A stretch of DNA of 64,000 nucleotides from Sedimentisphaerales bacterium (GTDB lineage Bacteria > Planctomycetota > Phycisphaerae > Sedimentisphaerales > SM23-30). The position numbers and the translations under genes are program-made. The DNA lies in assembly GCA_963666285.1 (NCBI GenBank), contig OY762711.1; one strand, given 5' to 3'. This document shows positions 21,824 through 31,912 of the stretch, in pieces (within the stretch, counting starts at the first letter, position 1; each line of letters begins with the position of its first letter). The notes beneath the pieces are model-generated. The model saw only the letters and a program-made list of their open reading frames with translations. It was not told the origin of the DNA and made no database searches.

Positions 21824-23105
21824 CCTTAATCCTTTTTGCCATTTTTATATTTTCTAGTATTTTCAATCCTGCCGGACAGCAATAGCTGCACAAACCACAT
21901 TCCAGGCAATCAAATAAACCGTATTGTTCAGCCTTTATAAAATCTTGAAGCTCTATCAGATCGTTCAGTCTAATTGGGTCCAGAGCTGCAGGACAAAATT
22001 CAATACAGCGACCACAATTCAAACAGCGGTCCGGTGCGTTTCTGGACGATTCTTTTATAACTACATAACTCTCACAAAATGGTCCTATGACTGTTCGAGC
22101 CGGATCAACTGCTGCCCCGGTAAGACTTCTACCTGCAACAATACATTCATAATGATTTTTGACCTGTGCTATTTCCAGTAACTCTGATACCGGTAATCCA
22201 ACCGGTACCAGGTAATGCCCCGGATTATCAACTGCATCACCACAAACTGTTACTATTCGCTCTGTCGGATTAATACCTGCTAATATCGCTCTTTCAATTA
22301 ATGCTAATGTCTGAATATCAAATACCACACTGTGTTCTGTGTCTTTTCTGCTAATTACTGACTGCCTGCACAGAGTTTGCAAGACACACTTAGGATGATA
22401 CTGGGGATATTTTTCACTTATGGGAACTGTAAGAACCTGCCAGTTATCTGGATTCTCTGTGTCAATCTCAAGCTCATTTGGATAAGCCATTATCGCAGTC
22501 TCAGCTTCGAAAAAATGTTTCATAAGAGCCAGCCCGGTATAAACTATATCAGGATAACTATTCAAAATGGCTGCCGGGGTATTAATATCCGGTTCCGGAG
22601 ATGCTGCATTAGCAATTACAATACGTATATGTTTTGATTTTAATTCACACAGCTTATCATAAAGCAAAACACCATCAGAACACACAATCCCGGTTTTGGA
22701 TATAAGTTCCAGGATATAGCTGGAATCTGTTTTTTCCGGCATCACGGATTTATTCCCATGACCTACATATATCCGTGTACAAAATGATTTGCTCGGCTTT
22801 ATACATATTGCCCGGCATTCTCCATATTTTTGTATCTGACAATATGTAAGGGATACAATCTCACCATCACATGGACTGTATATCGGTTCCGGGGAACAAG
22901 CCAGAACTTCTCCCGCTGATACCCTGCTGCCATCATTGTTCTTAATTTCCGCCGGCATGCCTTCATACTCTGGCACAGGTATAAATAAGTTGCCCGTATA
23001 ACCATCCAGCTCGGTTATCTCAAAAGATGGTATCTCCCCCAGTGGAGAAAGATATATTCCACGCGGGAAATTTCGCTCTATATTGTGACGCTTAAGAAAA
23101 TTCAA
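21813..23105 (-). CDS. rnfC: RnfC-like Fe-S protein with SLBB domain (divergent)
   Basis: YSPCDGEI, KYPQ, TERIVTVCGDAV, VPVG, CLNCGRCIEFCP and CLECGLCSYCCP. Confidence 0.75.
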   Translation of the reverse strand: MNFLKRHNIERNFPRGIYLSPLGEIPSFEITELDGYTGNLFIPVPEYEGMPAEIKNNDGSRVSAGEVLACSPEPIYSPCDGEIVSLTYCQIQKYGECRAICIKPSKSFCTRIYVGHGNKSVMPEKTDSSYILELISKTGIVCSDGVLLYDKLCELKSKHIRIVIANAASPEPDINTPAAILNSYPDIVYTGLALMKHFFEAETAIMAYPNELEIDTENPDNWQVLTVPISEKYPQYHPKCVLQTLCRQSVISRKDTEHSVVFDIQTLALIERAILAGINPTERIVTVCGDAVDNPGHYLVPVGLPVSELLEIAQVKNHYECIVAGRSLTGAAVDPARTVIGPFCESYVVIKESSRNAPDRCLNCGRCIEFCPAALDPIRLNDLIELQDFIKAEQYGLFDCLECGLCSYCCPAGLKILENIKMAKRIKDGK

Positions 23106-23179
23106 TGCTTTTACATTCCAGAGTTACATATTAGCTTTCAGTCATCTTTGATAAATATCTCGTCAGACCGCATTCCGGT

Positions 23180-24130
23180 TTATTGGTAATTTTTCAGTCT
23201 GCCATCAATTATTATCACCTTGGATTCTTGCAATAGCTTCTCCTGCAGGTCCAGTATCTGTTGATTGGACTTCTTCCGTATTACAATTTCACTCAGCTCA
23301 GTTCTCTCAAATGGTATATCAACCTTAGGTATTATTTTTTCAAGCCTGATTTTATACCAATACTGCCGACCATTATCTACAACCTGAAAAGATTCACTTA
23401 TATCTCCTGAATTAGACAAATTAAATGCCTGGTTTCGCAATGCTTCCGGAAGATGGGTGTCCTTCAAAGAAAATGCCGATACAAAACCTCCGTTTCTAAG
23501 CGAAGTTTCATCTTCGGAATATTCAAGAACTACATTATCAAAACTCTTGCCCAAAGACAGTTCTGTCTCTGCCCGTTCAATACTTCTGGCAGAACTTACT
23601 GACAAAAGCATTACAGAACGCTTCTGGCCGTATAATCGAATATATTCATCCTGTAGCTCTTCTTCTGAAACTTCTGCCGGCACCTCTATACATGCTCGAA
23701 GAATGGCCTGCTTTTTTAATATAAGATCGAACAATTCAGGTGTCAGCCCACGTTTTTTCAATACAAACGCAAATATAGCTCGCTGATCTGACTCCGGCTT
23801 ATCTGGTGCTATCTCACTAAGAAATCGTTTAAACTCATCGGCATACATCTCATCGGTCAGCACAATTCCCTTATCTGCCGCATATTGTAGCACCACCTCA
23901 AGCAGTACCATATCATCCATGACCTTACGACCATAAGCTCGCAATACCAGATCGTCCAGCTCATGCTGGGCGATAAATTTCCCATTTACTGCCGCACAAG
24001 ATTTTACCGTGGGTGTATCCAAAATACCGGCTCTATTACTGCCAACGTTATCACAGCCGACTATGAAAACTAACATTAAAAATAAATAATATCGAATATT
24101 CATAAAATTATTCTTCAACTTCTGAAGCAA
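23180..24130 (-). CDS. PpiC/SurA-like peptidyl-prolyl isomerase lipoprotein
   Basis: Lipobox IVGC, AAVNGKFI, SFDNVVLEYSED..SLRNGG. Start probably MNIRYY (24103). Confidence 0.75.
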   Translation of the reverse strand: MLQKLKNNFMNIRYYLFLMLVFIVGCDNVGSNRAGILDTPTVKSCAAVNGKFIAQHELDDLVLRAYGRKVMDDMVLLEVVLQYAADKGIVLTDEMYADEFKRFLSEIAPDKPESDQRAIFAFVLKKRGLTPELFDLILKKQAILRACIEVPAEVSEEELQDEYIRLYGQKRSVMLLSVSSARSIERAETELSLGKSFDNVVLEYSEDETSLRNGGFVSAFSLKDTHLPEALRNQAFNLSNSGDISESFQVVDNGRQYWYKIRLEKIIPKVDIPFERTELSEIVIRKKSNQQILDLQEKLLQESKVIIIDGRLKNYQ

Positions 24131-24356
24131 CTACTGCTTTTTTTGTTTCATATCTTCTAATTGATGCTCTATAACTACTTACTGCTGCAAATATGCCGCA
24201 AGATAAGCTTATTACCGCTCCTGCATTAATAGTAATTAAACCTAACGGAATTGGTATACTTGCTAATGGCCTGAATATTGACATAAAAACACCCACTAAC
24301 AAAGTCGTCAGAATAAACATTACTATTGCACCCACAACACCTATCACATATCTCAT
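24108..24356 (-). CDS. Small two-TM membrane protein
   Basis: 82-aa ORF with two hydrophobic helices, co-directional between the Nif3 and PPIase genes. Confidence 0.7.
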   Translation of the reverse strand: MRYVIGVVGAIVMFILTTLLVGVFMSIFRPLASIPIPLGLITINAGAVISLSCGIFAAVSSYRASIRRYETKKAVVASEVEE

Positions 24357-24369
24357 AATATATCCTGAT

Positions 24370-25482
24370 TTATACTTGTCTAAACGGATCTTTATCTTTT
24401 GTACTTACAAAAGCGTCCAGCTGTTTGAATTCTTCCTTTATCTGCCTGGCAATACGTTTCAGGATAATTCGCTCTGAATTACTATGGCTAGTACAGATTG
24501 TCGTTACCCCCGCCGCCTGAAGCTGCAGTGCATCATGATGCTTCAACTCGCCGGTCATAAAGAAATCACAACCTGTCGCTATTACATCACCTATCAGGCA
24601 TCCGCATGAACCGGCTCCGACTGCTGCTTTTGTTACCTTTGCCGTTGCTGAACCGATCAATCCAACGCTTTCTATTTTAAGTTGCCTTTTCACTTCAGTA
24701 ATAAGCTCAGCTGCTTTTACAGGCTTGGCCAACTCGCCAAATCTTCCCAAACCATGACTAGCGTTCTGTATCAGGGGGTAGACATCATATGCTACTTCTT
24801 CATAACTGTGAGCTGCCTCCATCGCACCTAAAACTTCATTCAGCCTGTCTTTAGGCACTATTGTTTCCAGGCGATACTCATTTACTTCCTCAAAGCTGCC
24901 CGGCTTACCTATCGATGGTTTGCTTGCCAAACCGCAATTAAAGGTACCTGTTCCGTCAACCCGGTAACTGCATTTGGTATATTTGGCATTCTCACCGATC
25001 ACACCGGCCCCCGCACCAAACATCGCTTCACTGACAGTCTCAAACTCATTTACTGGCACAAATACCACCACCTTATAATAACTGGATTCAACATGAGCGG
25101 CTTTCGCCAGTGGTTTTGGTTCTACAATTCCAATTATCCCGGCAAGCAAATCATTAATCCCGCCCTCTGCCATATCCAACGCTGTATGCATCGAATAAAT
25201 GGCCATACCATTTCGAATCACATCATATAACAGCGGCGATGTGCCCCTGCCTGGCAAAACACGTTTTATCGCACTGAATATTGGTGGATGATATGCCAGT
25301 ATCAAATCAACCTTCTTTTGTTTTGCTTCCTCAAGTACTTCTGTCGTCAGGTCAATAGTCAAAATCACATTTTTAATCTTCTGCTCTGGGTCACCTGTCA
25401 AAAGGCCCACATTATCCCAATCTTCTGCTAACTCCAGGGGAGCTATTTTTTGTAAAAAAGGTAATATTTCCACTAATTTCAT
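24370..25482 (-). CDS. Nif3-like dinuclear metal centre protein with PII-like insertion (YqfO type)
   Basis: LAEDWDNVGL, AYHPPIF, HTALD, AHSYEEVAYD, TGELKHH, HSNSE. Confidence 0.92.
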   Translation of the reverse strand: MKLVEILPFLQKIAPLELAEDWDNVGLLTGDPEQKIKNVILTIDLTTEVLEEAKQKKVDLILAYHPPIFSAIKRVLPGRGTSPLLYDVIRNGMAIYSMHTALDMAEGGINDLLAGIIGIVEPKPLAKAAHVESSYYKVVVFVPVNEFETVSEAMFGAGAGVIGENAKYTKCSYRVDGTGTFNCGLASKPSIGKPGSFEEVNEYRLETIVPKDRLNEVLGAMEAAHSYEEVAYDVYPLIQNASHGLGRFGELAKPVKAAELITEVKRQLKIESVGLIGSATAKVTKAAVGAGSCGCLIGDVIATGCDFFMTGELKHHDALQLQAAGVTTICTSHSNSERIILKRIARQIKEEFKQLDAFVSTKDKDPFRQV

Positions 25483-25889
25483 AAATTTTTCTTCCTGTCG
25501 TAAATACTATCTCTTTTTCGCAATATTTAGAGCACTCCTATTTCTGATGAAGTCAGCCGAAACCGCAACAGGCAAAAAGCGAACTCACCACAAAGTGATG
25601 CGAAGCATAAAAATTAAATTGCTCTAAACTTTGCATATATCTCCATAAGAGCTTACAGGTAATACCCTTACGCAATATTTGCCACTTATTACATTTCTGC
25701 CGTAATTCAACATAAGTATAAGCATAGTAGCCATTTATTTCACGGATAAATTTTCCGATACTATTATTCCTGCCATTTTCCTCAAAAAATTGATACCAGG
25801 TTTAAATTCAATGAAACTATTGGTGAAATAATAACCAATTGATATTATAATACTTCAAAAAGAACTTATAGGAGAAACCATTAAATATA

Positions 25890-26687
25890 ATGCGTATCAT
25901 TTTGCCAATTAAACAGGTACCGGAAACTCGCAAAGTTCGGATGGACGAAAAAACTGGAACGGTTATAAGGGAAGGCGTTGAGTCAATCATAAACCCACTT
26001 GACTTATATTCCATCGAATTTGCCTTGAAAATTAAAGAACATATTAAATGCGAGATAATCGGAATTAGTATGGGACCTGAAAAAGCTGAAGTTGCTCTCA
26101 AAGAAGCAATCGCTATGGGTATTGACTCTGCTAGATTAATTAGCGACCGGGCTTTTGCCGGCAGTGACACCTGGGCAACCAGCTATGTTCTGTATAAAGC
26201 AATTCAAAAAATTGGTAATGTTGATCTGGTTATCTGCGGTGAAAGAGCCACTGATGGCGACACAGGTCAGGTTGGCCCCGGAATCGCCGCTTTTATGGAT
26301 ATTCCGGTTGTAACCTATGTCAGTAGCTTAAATAATATCTGTCCTGAATATTGCACTATCGACCGAACTATTGAACATGGTCACGAAACACTCAAAACTG
26401 AATTCCCGGCGGTTCTGACTGTTGTTAAGGAAATTGGCGAGCCGAGACTTCCTACCCTTAAAGGAAAAATACAAGTCAAAAATACTGTTATTCCGCACTG
26501 GAACCTAAACGACCTTGGAATCGAAGCAAACAAAGTCGGGCTGAAAGGCTCACCGACTCGGGTGATGAAAATATTTAGGCCGCAGGTTACCCGTGAATGC
26601 AAACTGCTTTATGCCGACGATGAACCCAAAATGGAATCTACCGTGAACCGGCTGGCTAAAAGTATTAGAGATATGGAGTTGTTTTAA
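25890..26687 (+). CDS. etfB: Electron transfer flavoprotein beta subunit
   Basis: IKQVPET, INPLD, FAGSDTWAT, GERATDGDTGQVGP, GLKGSPT. Confidence 0.93.
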   Translation: MRIILPIKQVPETRKVRMDEKTGTVIREGVESIINPLDLYSIEFALKIKEHIKCEIIGISMGPEKAEVALKEAIAMGIDSARLISDRAFAGSDTWATSYVLYKAIQKIGNVDLVICGERATDGDTGQVGPGIAAFMDIPVVTYVSSLNNICPEYCTIDRTIEHGHETLKTEFPAVLTVVKEIGEPRLPTLKGKIQVKNTVIPHWNLNDLGIEANKVGLKGSPTRVMKIFRPQVTRECKLLYADDEPKMESTVNRLAKSIRDMELF

Positions 26688-26688
26688 T

Positions 26689-27690
26689 ATGACCGCGGTA
26701 AATGCCGACATTTGGATATTAGCAGAACAATCCCAGGGGATAATTCAGCGTGTCACTTTTGAACTTATAACTCGTGGATTGAAACTGTCTGCAAAACGGA
26801 ATTGTAAACTGTGTGTTATGCTCTTTGGCCATGGAATCTCCGACCAGGATTTACAGGACTTAATCGACCGGGGAGCAAACAAAATCGTTTATTTAGAACA
26901 TACCGACTTGAAAGATTTCTTAATTGAACCGTTTTCCGATGCTATGTGCGGTATTATCAGCCAATATAATCCTGAAGTTATTCTCGCCGGGGCAACCACA
27001 ACCGGAAGAACACTCATGCCGTATGTGGCAATTAAAGTCAATACCGGACTGACCGCCGATTGCACCTCGCTTGACATTGAGCCGGAAACAGGCAACCTGA
27101 TTCAGACACGCCCTGCTATCGGCGGCAATATTATGGCATCTATCCTGACACCAGAACATCGCCCGCAGATGGCAACGGTTCGTCCCAGGTCTACTAGCTC
27201 CGCAGAAAACAATGGACCTCGAATAGGTGAAATCATCAAAACTTCACCTGAAAAACTAACCTCAAGCCGGCTGACGTTAGTTAAATTTTCGCCATTTGAA
27301 GATAAAATTAATATTTCCGATGCTGATATTGTCGTTACTGTCGGCAGAGGTATCAAGAAAAAAGAAAATCTGTCTATTATATATGATCTGGCAGAAACTC
27401 TTAACGCTGCTATTGGTGCTACCAGGGAAGTAGTCGATCGCGACTGGCTCAGTTATTCTCACCAGGTTGGACTCAGCGGGCACACCATATCACCTAAACT
27501 TTATATCGGCATAGGACTTTCCGGCAGTATACAGCATATTGCCGGCATGCAGACATCGGAAAAAATAATTGCTATAAATAATGATCCTGATGCCCAGATT
27601 TTCAAGCTGGCCGACTATGGCATAGTAGGCGATCTATTCGAAATAGTGCCTTTACTCACCCAAAAGCTGAGGGACGGGGCAAAACTATGA
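26689..27690 (+). CDS. etfA: Electron transfer flavoprotein alpha subunit
   Basis: GLTADCT, QTRPAIGGN, PQMATVRP, QVGLSG, GLSGSIQHIAGM, AINNDPDA. Confidence 0.93.
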   Translation: MTAVNADIWILAEQSQGIIQRVTFELITRGLKLSAKRNCKLCVMLFGHGISDQDLQDLIDRGANKIVYLEHTDLKDFLIEPFSDAMCGIISQYNPEVILAGATTTGRTLMPYVAIKVNTGLTADCTSLDIEPETGNLIQTRPAIGGNIMASILTPEHRPQMATVRPRSTSSAENNGPRIGEIIKTSPEKLTSSRLTLVKFSPFEDKINISDADIVVTVGRGIKKKENLSIIYDLAETLNAAIGATREVVDRDWLSYSHQVGLSGHTISPKLYIGIGLSGSIQHIAGMQTSEKIIAINNDPDAQIFKLADYGIVGDLFEIVPLLTQKLRDGAKL

Positions 27691-29123
27691 TAAACAAAAC
27701 TAATTATAACCCTGTTACCAGTCAAATAGCTGACATGCTCGCTGAAATTGTCGGAAACAAATATGTCATCTTTGGCGATAGCCACGAACTCGAACAATAT
27801 TCCCACGACGAAATACCAGACAGAAACTATGCCAGAATGCCGGAAGTTGTTCTTCGACCTGGCACAACAGAAGAAATTGCTCAGATTATGACTCTGGCTA
27901 ACCGCGAGCTTATACCCGTCACCCCGCGTGGTGCCGGATCTGGTCTTTCAGGCGGTGCTGTCCCGGTCCACGGCGGAATTGTTCTGCTCACTGACAGGAT
28001 GAACTCTATTATCGAGTTTGACAAAGATAATATGATGATCACCGTTGAGCCTGGCATGATCACAAACGAGATTAATGAATATCTTGAAGAATTCGGGCTT
28101 TTCTTTGCCGGATATCCGATGAGCGGAGAAACTTGCTATATCGGCGGCAACGTCGCTGAAAATGCTGGCGGTGGCAAGGCTGTCAAATATGGCGTCACCG
28201 GCAGATATATCCTGGGGCTGGAAATTGTTACCCCGGTCGGGAAAGTCATCCGGCTCGGCGGAAAACTCATCAAGGACGTTGCCGGATATAATCTGATCGG
28301 ATTAATTACAGGATCGGAAGGAACCCTGGCTGTTATCACCAAAATAACACTCAAACTCATGCCGCTTCCCAAACACCAGGTTGACCTGCTATGCCTGTTC
28401 AATACCTCACAAGATGCTATTCAAACCGTGCCAAAGATAATGACAGAATGCGGTATCATCCCAACAGCAATTGAATTTATGGATAGAAATGCCGTTCAGG
28501 CTGCCTGTCAATATCTGAACGAATCTATTCCCTACCATCAGGCAGGAGCTATGCTTATTATCACTGTTGACGGCAGCAACTCACAGCAGGTTGAAACCGA
28601 ATACGAACTAATTGGCAAGCTTTGCGAAAAATACGGAGCGATTGAGGTTTACGTTGCCGATAACCCGACCACTTCGGAAAGAATCTGGAAAATACGAAGA
28701 AATATCGGGGAAGCTTATAATATTATTAGTAAAAGGCAAAGTAACGAGGATATCGCTGTCCCCCCTGCCTCTATCCCGCAAATGGTTACTATTCTTGGTA
28801 ATTTATCCCAAAAATATAATGTGATGATACCTTGTTTCGGTCATGCCGGTGATGGTAACCTGCATGCCAGGATCGTCTCTGATCCTCAATGGTCCGATGA
28901 AAAATGGTACCAGATTCTTCCACAATTGCTGGATGAACTTTATGACGAAACTGCTCGACTTGGCGGCACTATCTCAGGAGAGCATGGTATCGGCCATAAA
29001 CGTAAAGGATCCCTGGCAAAAGTAGCCGATTCGAATTATCTCGATATTCTCCGTTCAATTAAAATGGCATTTGACCCAAACAATATATTGAACCCCGGCA
29101 AAATCTTTGACATGAAACAATAG
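27687..29123 (+). CDS. FAD-linked 2-hydroxyacid oxidoreductase (GlcD/LctD-like)
   Basis: PRGAGSGLSGG, IGGNVAENAGG..AVKYGVT, GSEGTL, GHAGDGNLH, SGEHGIG, DPNNILNPGK. Confidence 0.9.
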   Translation: MINKTNYNPVTSQIADMLAEIVGNKYVIFGDSHELEQYSHDEIPDRNYARMPEVVLRPGTTEEIAQIMTLANRELIPVTPRGAGSGLSGGAVPVHGGIVLLTDRMNSIIEFDKDNMMITVEPGMITNEINEYLEEFGLFFAGYPMSGETCYIGGNVAENAGGGKAVKYGVTGRYILGLEIVTPVGKVIRLGGKLIKDVAGYNLIGLITGSEGTLAVITKITLKLMPLPKHQVDLLCLFNTSQDAIQTVPKIMTECGIIPTAIEFMDRNAVQAACQYLNESIPYHQAGAMLIITVDGSNSQQVETEYELIGKLCEKYGAIEVYVADNPTTSERIWKIRRNIGEAYNIISKRQSNEDIAVPPASIPQMVTILGNLSQKYNVMIPCFGHAGDGNLHARIVSDPQWSDEKWYQILPQLLDELYDETARLGGTISGEHGIGHKRKGSLAKVADSNYLDILRSIKMAFDPNNILNPGKIFDMKQ

Positions 29124-29143
29124 CAAATATAAGGAATACACAA

Positions 29144-30184
29144 ATGAAAGCAATGCAGCTTACCGGCATAAACCAGATGAAAATGCTTGATGTCCCTGAT
29201 CCGGAAATAGAAAATGATACTGATGTATTAATAAAGATGCTTTGTGTAGGCGTTTGCGGCAGCGATATTCACTATTTTGAAACAGGAAAAATTGGCAGTC
29301 AGGTTGTTGAATACCCATACACTGTCGGCCATGAAGGTGCCGGTGAAGTAGTCGCTGTTGGCAAAGCTGTTACACATGTCAAACCCGGTGACCGCATAGC
29401 TGTTGAACCGGCGATGCCTTGCTGGCAATGTGACCAATGCAAAGCTGGCAGGCACAACACCTGTCGCAAATTGAAATTCCTCGGCTGCCCCGGTCAGGCC
29501 GAAGGCTGCCTGAGCGAATACCTGGTTATGCCGGAAACCAGCTGCTTCAAAATTAGCGACAATCTCTCTATGCAGGAAGCTGCCCTTTCTGAACCGCTCG
29601 CTATTGGTGTTTATGCTGTCAAACAGTCAATTCCTATGCCAAAAGCCAAAATCGGTGTTCTCGGCACCGGCCCAATTGGGTTCAGCGTCTTTTTGCCGGC
29701 TTTAGCTCAAGGTGCTGCAAAAATATATGCAACAGATAAGATAGATGCCCGCTTAAAACTTGCCCAAAAAGCAGGTGTCTCTTGGACCGGCAACCCCAAA
29801 AAAAGCGATATCGTCGAAGAAATACTATCACGAGAACCACTTGGACTTGATGTTGTTTTTGACTGCTGCGGTGATCAGGAAGCACTGGATCAGGCAATTG
29901 AGTTACTCAAACCTGGCGGCAAGCTCATGATTATCGGTATCCCCAGATTCGATCGGTTCGCTTTCCCGGTTGACCTGCTTCGCCGCAAGGAATTATGTCT
30001 GCAAAACGTTCGCAGACAATGCGATTGCGTAGAAGATGCCTTGGCTATGATCGATCGCAAAGATTTCAATGTCAATATTATGGCCACCCACCACTTCAAC
30101 TTCGAACATACTCAAGAAGCCTTCGACTTGGTGGCAGGTTACAAAGACGGTGTACTTAAAGCTATGATCCATTTTGACCAATAA
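29144..30184 (+). CDS. Zinc-dependent alcohol dehydrogenase (sorbitol/threonine DH-like)
   Basis: GVCGSDIH, GHEGAG, CWQCDQC..C, GTGPIG. Confidence 0.9.
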   Translation: MKAMQLTGINQMKMLDVPDPEIENDTDVLIKMLCVGVCGSDIHYFETGKIGSQVVEYPYTVGHEGAGEVVAVGKAVTHVKPGDRIAVEPAMPCWQCDQCKAGRHNTCRKLKFLGCPGQAEGCLSEYLVMPETSCFKISDNLSMQEAALSEPLAIGVYAVKQSIPMPKAKIGVLGTGPIGFSVFLPALAQGAAKIYATDKIDARLKLAQKAGVSWTGNPKKSDIVEEILSREPLGLDVVFDCCGDQEALDQAIELLKPGGKLMIIGIPRFDRFAFPVDLLRRKELCLQNVRRQCDCVEDALAMIDRKDFNVNIMATHHFNFEHTQEAFDLVAGYKDGVLKAMIHFDQ

Positions 30185-30201
30185 ACACTACTAATAAATC
30201 A

Positions 30202-30705
30202 ATGTTAAAAAGTTTCGCCCCATTGGAAAACAAGAATTGCAGAATACTTATTCTTGGCACTATGCCCAGTGTAGAATCACTGGCAAAGCAGCAGTATTAC
30301 GGTTTCAAATACAATGCTTTCTGGCCGATTATGGGCAATTTACTGAATTTCGATCCGGAAATACCTTATAACGAGCGTTGCAATTACCTTCCCCAGCACG
30401 GCATCGCTCTTTGGGATGTACTCAAAAACTGCCGGCGCAAAGGTAGTCTCGACAGTAATATCACAGACGAAATCCCAAACGACTATCTTTCTTTCTTAAA
30501 CCAACACCCCAAAATTCACTCCGTATTCTTCAATGGCGGCCCAGCTGAAAAACTTTTCAAAAAGCACATAGCCCCTGTTATCCCGAAACATATAGACAAA
30601 CTGCACTTCCATCGTCTGCCATCAACCTCACCTGCCAATGCCAGGCTAAATTTTGAGCAGAAACTGAAGTACTGGAGCATCATTCTCAATAAAATAAACC
30701 TCTAA
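30202..30705 (+). CDS. DNA-deoxyinosine/hypoxanthine glycosylase (UDG superfamily)
   Basis: ILILGTMPSVESL, YY...NAFW, IALWDV, GSLDSNI, FFNG, LPSTSPAN. Confidence 0.88.
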   Translation: MLKSFAPLENKNCRILILGTMPSVESLAKQQYYGFKYNAFWPIMGNLLNFDPEIPYNERCNYLPQHGIALWDVLKNCRRKGSLDSNITDEIPNDYLSFLNQHPKIHSVFFNGGPAEKLFKKHIAPVIPKHIDKLHFHRLPSTSPANARLNFEQKLKYWSIILNKINL

Positions 30706-30771
30706 CAAAAAGGATTATTACAGCAATATCAGCTGAAAACCTTTTTGTTAGAAGTTTTATGGGTAATACAT

Positions 30772-30831
30772 TTAGAGTATTTCTAAAAATTGCTTTTGTT
30801 GCGAAAGATGATTTTTTAGAGACGCCCTTTA
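30772..30831. repeat. MITE-like family B, short copy
   Basis: Core AAATTGCTTTTGTTGCGAAAG shared with 42156 and 54056; imperfect inverted ends AGAGTATTTCTAAAAA / TTTTTAGAGACGCCCT. Confidence 0.55.
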
Positions 30832-31533
30832 GTCTTCCAGCTTCTTGCCGGTCCATGGACAATAAGACCAGGAAATGTGAGCATCTTTACCATTAGGACA
30901 TTTTCGCGGTACATGGAGAGTATCAAGCGGTAAACTGATATTAGCTTCAGCTTTACTCCCATTTCTCATCGAAACAGATAATGATATATTTCCCTTTTCA
31001 TATGGATTCATCAGTCTTTCTGAACTGGTACTGGTATCATCAAATACATAAAAATGCATATTTCTTCCCATCTCGCCCATTGCATTTGCCAGCATTGGCC
31101 TGAAAGCTGATAAAAATACTTCTATTTCTGTCTTAACCTTCGTCATAGGTGCTAATTTACGCTTCTGCTCAGATTTATCTTCATAATATACCTCCAGATT
31201 TCTTTCCACTTCTTCTTGAGGATAAAATCTGAAAGCGCCAAATGCTGAAATATCTGCTTCACATACTGCCAGGATAGAAACTCCCGCAAATACTTCCAGT
31301 GTCTCTTTTTTCTCTGCTTCAGAAATCGATGAATCCTGCTCAAAAGTTGCAGCCCAAAACTCATATGGTATCCACCAGAACACTACCATATTACTGTCAC
31401 CAACTCCTGATGGCTCAGGCTGGGTTTCAGTTGTCAACTTATCTGTATTAACGTCAGCTAATTTTTTACGTTCTATTGCTAACAAAGGCGTAACAACAAC
31501 AAGCAATAAAATAACAGCGAATTTGATTTTCAT
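30829..31533 (-). CDS. Secreted hypothetical protein with C-terminal zinc-ribbon-like tail
   Basis: Signal peptide MKIKFAVILLLVVVTPLLA; C-terminal CPNG...YCPWTG; GAAAGG SD. Confidence 0.75.
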   Translation of the reverse strand: MKIKFAVILLLVVVTPLLAIERKKLADVNTDKLTTETQPEPSGVGDSNMVVFWWIPYEFWAATFEQDSSISEAEKKETLEVFAGVSILAVCEADISAFGAFRFYPQEEVERNLEVYYEDKSEQKRKLAPMTKVKTEIEVFLSAFRPMLANAMGEMGRNMHFYVFDDTSTSSERLMNPYEKGNISLSVSMRNGSKAEANISLPLDTLHVPRKCPNGKDAHISWSYCPWTGKKLED

Positions 31534-31686
31534 AACACGACCTTTCAAAATAATTATTATCTTTTTCATATATCTCCGAGTTTGCAATTATAGACCGCAC
31601 GACATGTCGAAACAAGTAAATAATATGAATATTTAGTATTTAGACTAACACTTGCTATTATCCTCCTTACTCTCTTATAATAACTG

Positions 31687-31855
31687 ACTTACTCAAAATG
31701 ACCGGTTTTGCACTTTACTTTGCCGTAACAAATTATAGCACAATCTGTTACATTAATATTTAAAATTGGGTGACGTGCTGCGGCATTCCTTGCCTGATAA
31801 CAAAGACCTCACAACGAATACCTCTCAAACTGACTATCAGTCACTTTGAGTAACT
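31687..31855. mobile_element. MITE-like family A, copy 2 with terminal inverted repeats
   Basis: Ends ACTTACTCAAAATGAC and GTCACTTTGAGTAACT are inverted (14/16); homologous to 17841-17976; no ORF. Confidence 0.65.
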
Positions 31856-31912
31856 TATAATTATTTCCTAACACGTTTACATATAATCAAATTTACAGTA
31901 GAATATCTCTTT

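Noticed and set aside
25541..25580. CTGATGA...GAAA resembling a hammerhead ribozyme core
   Set aside because: Stem II (AGTCAGCC) cannot pair, and the expected cleavage-site U is a C (GGCA).
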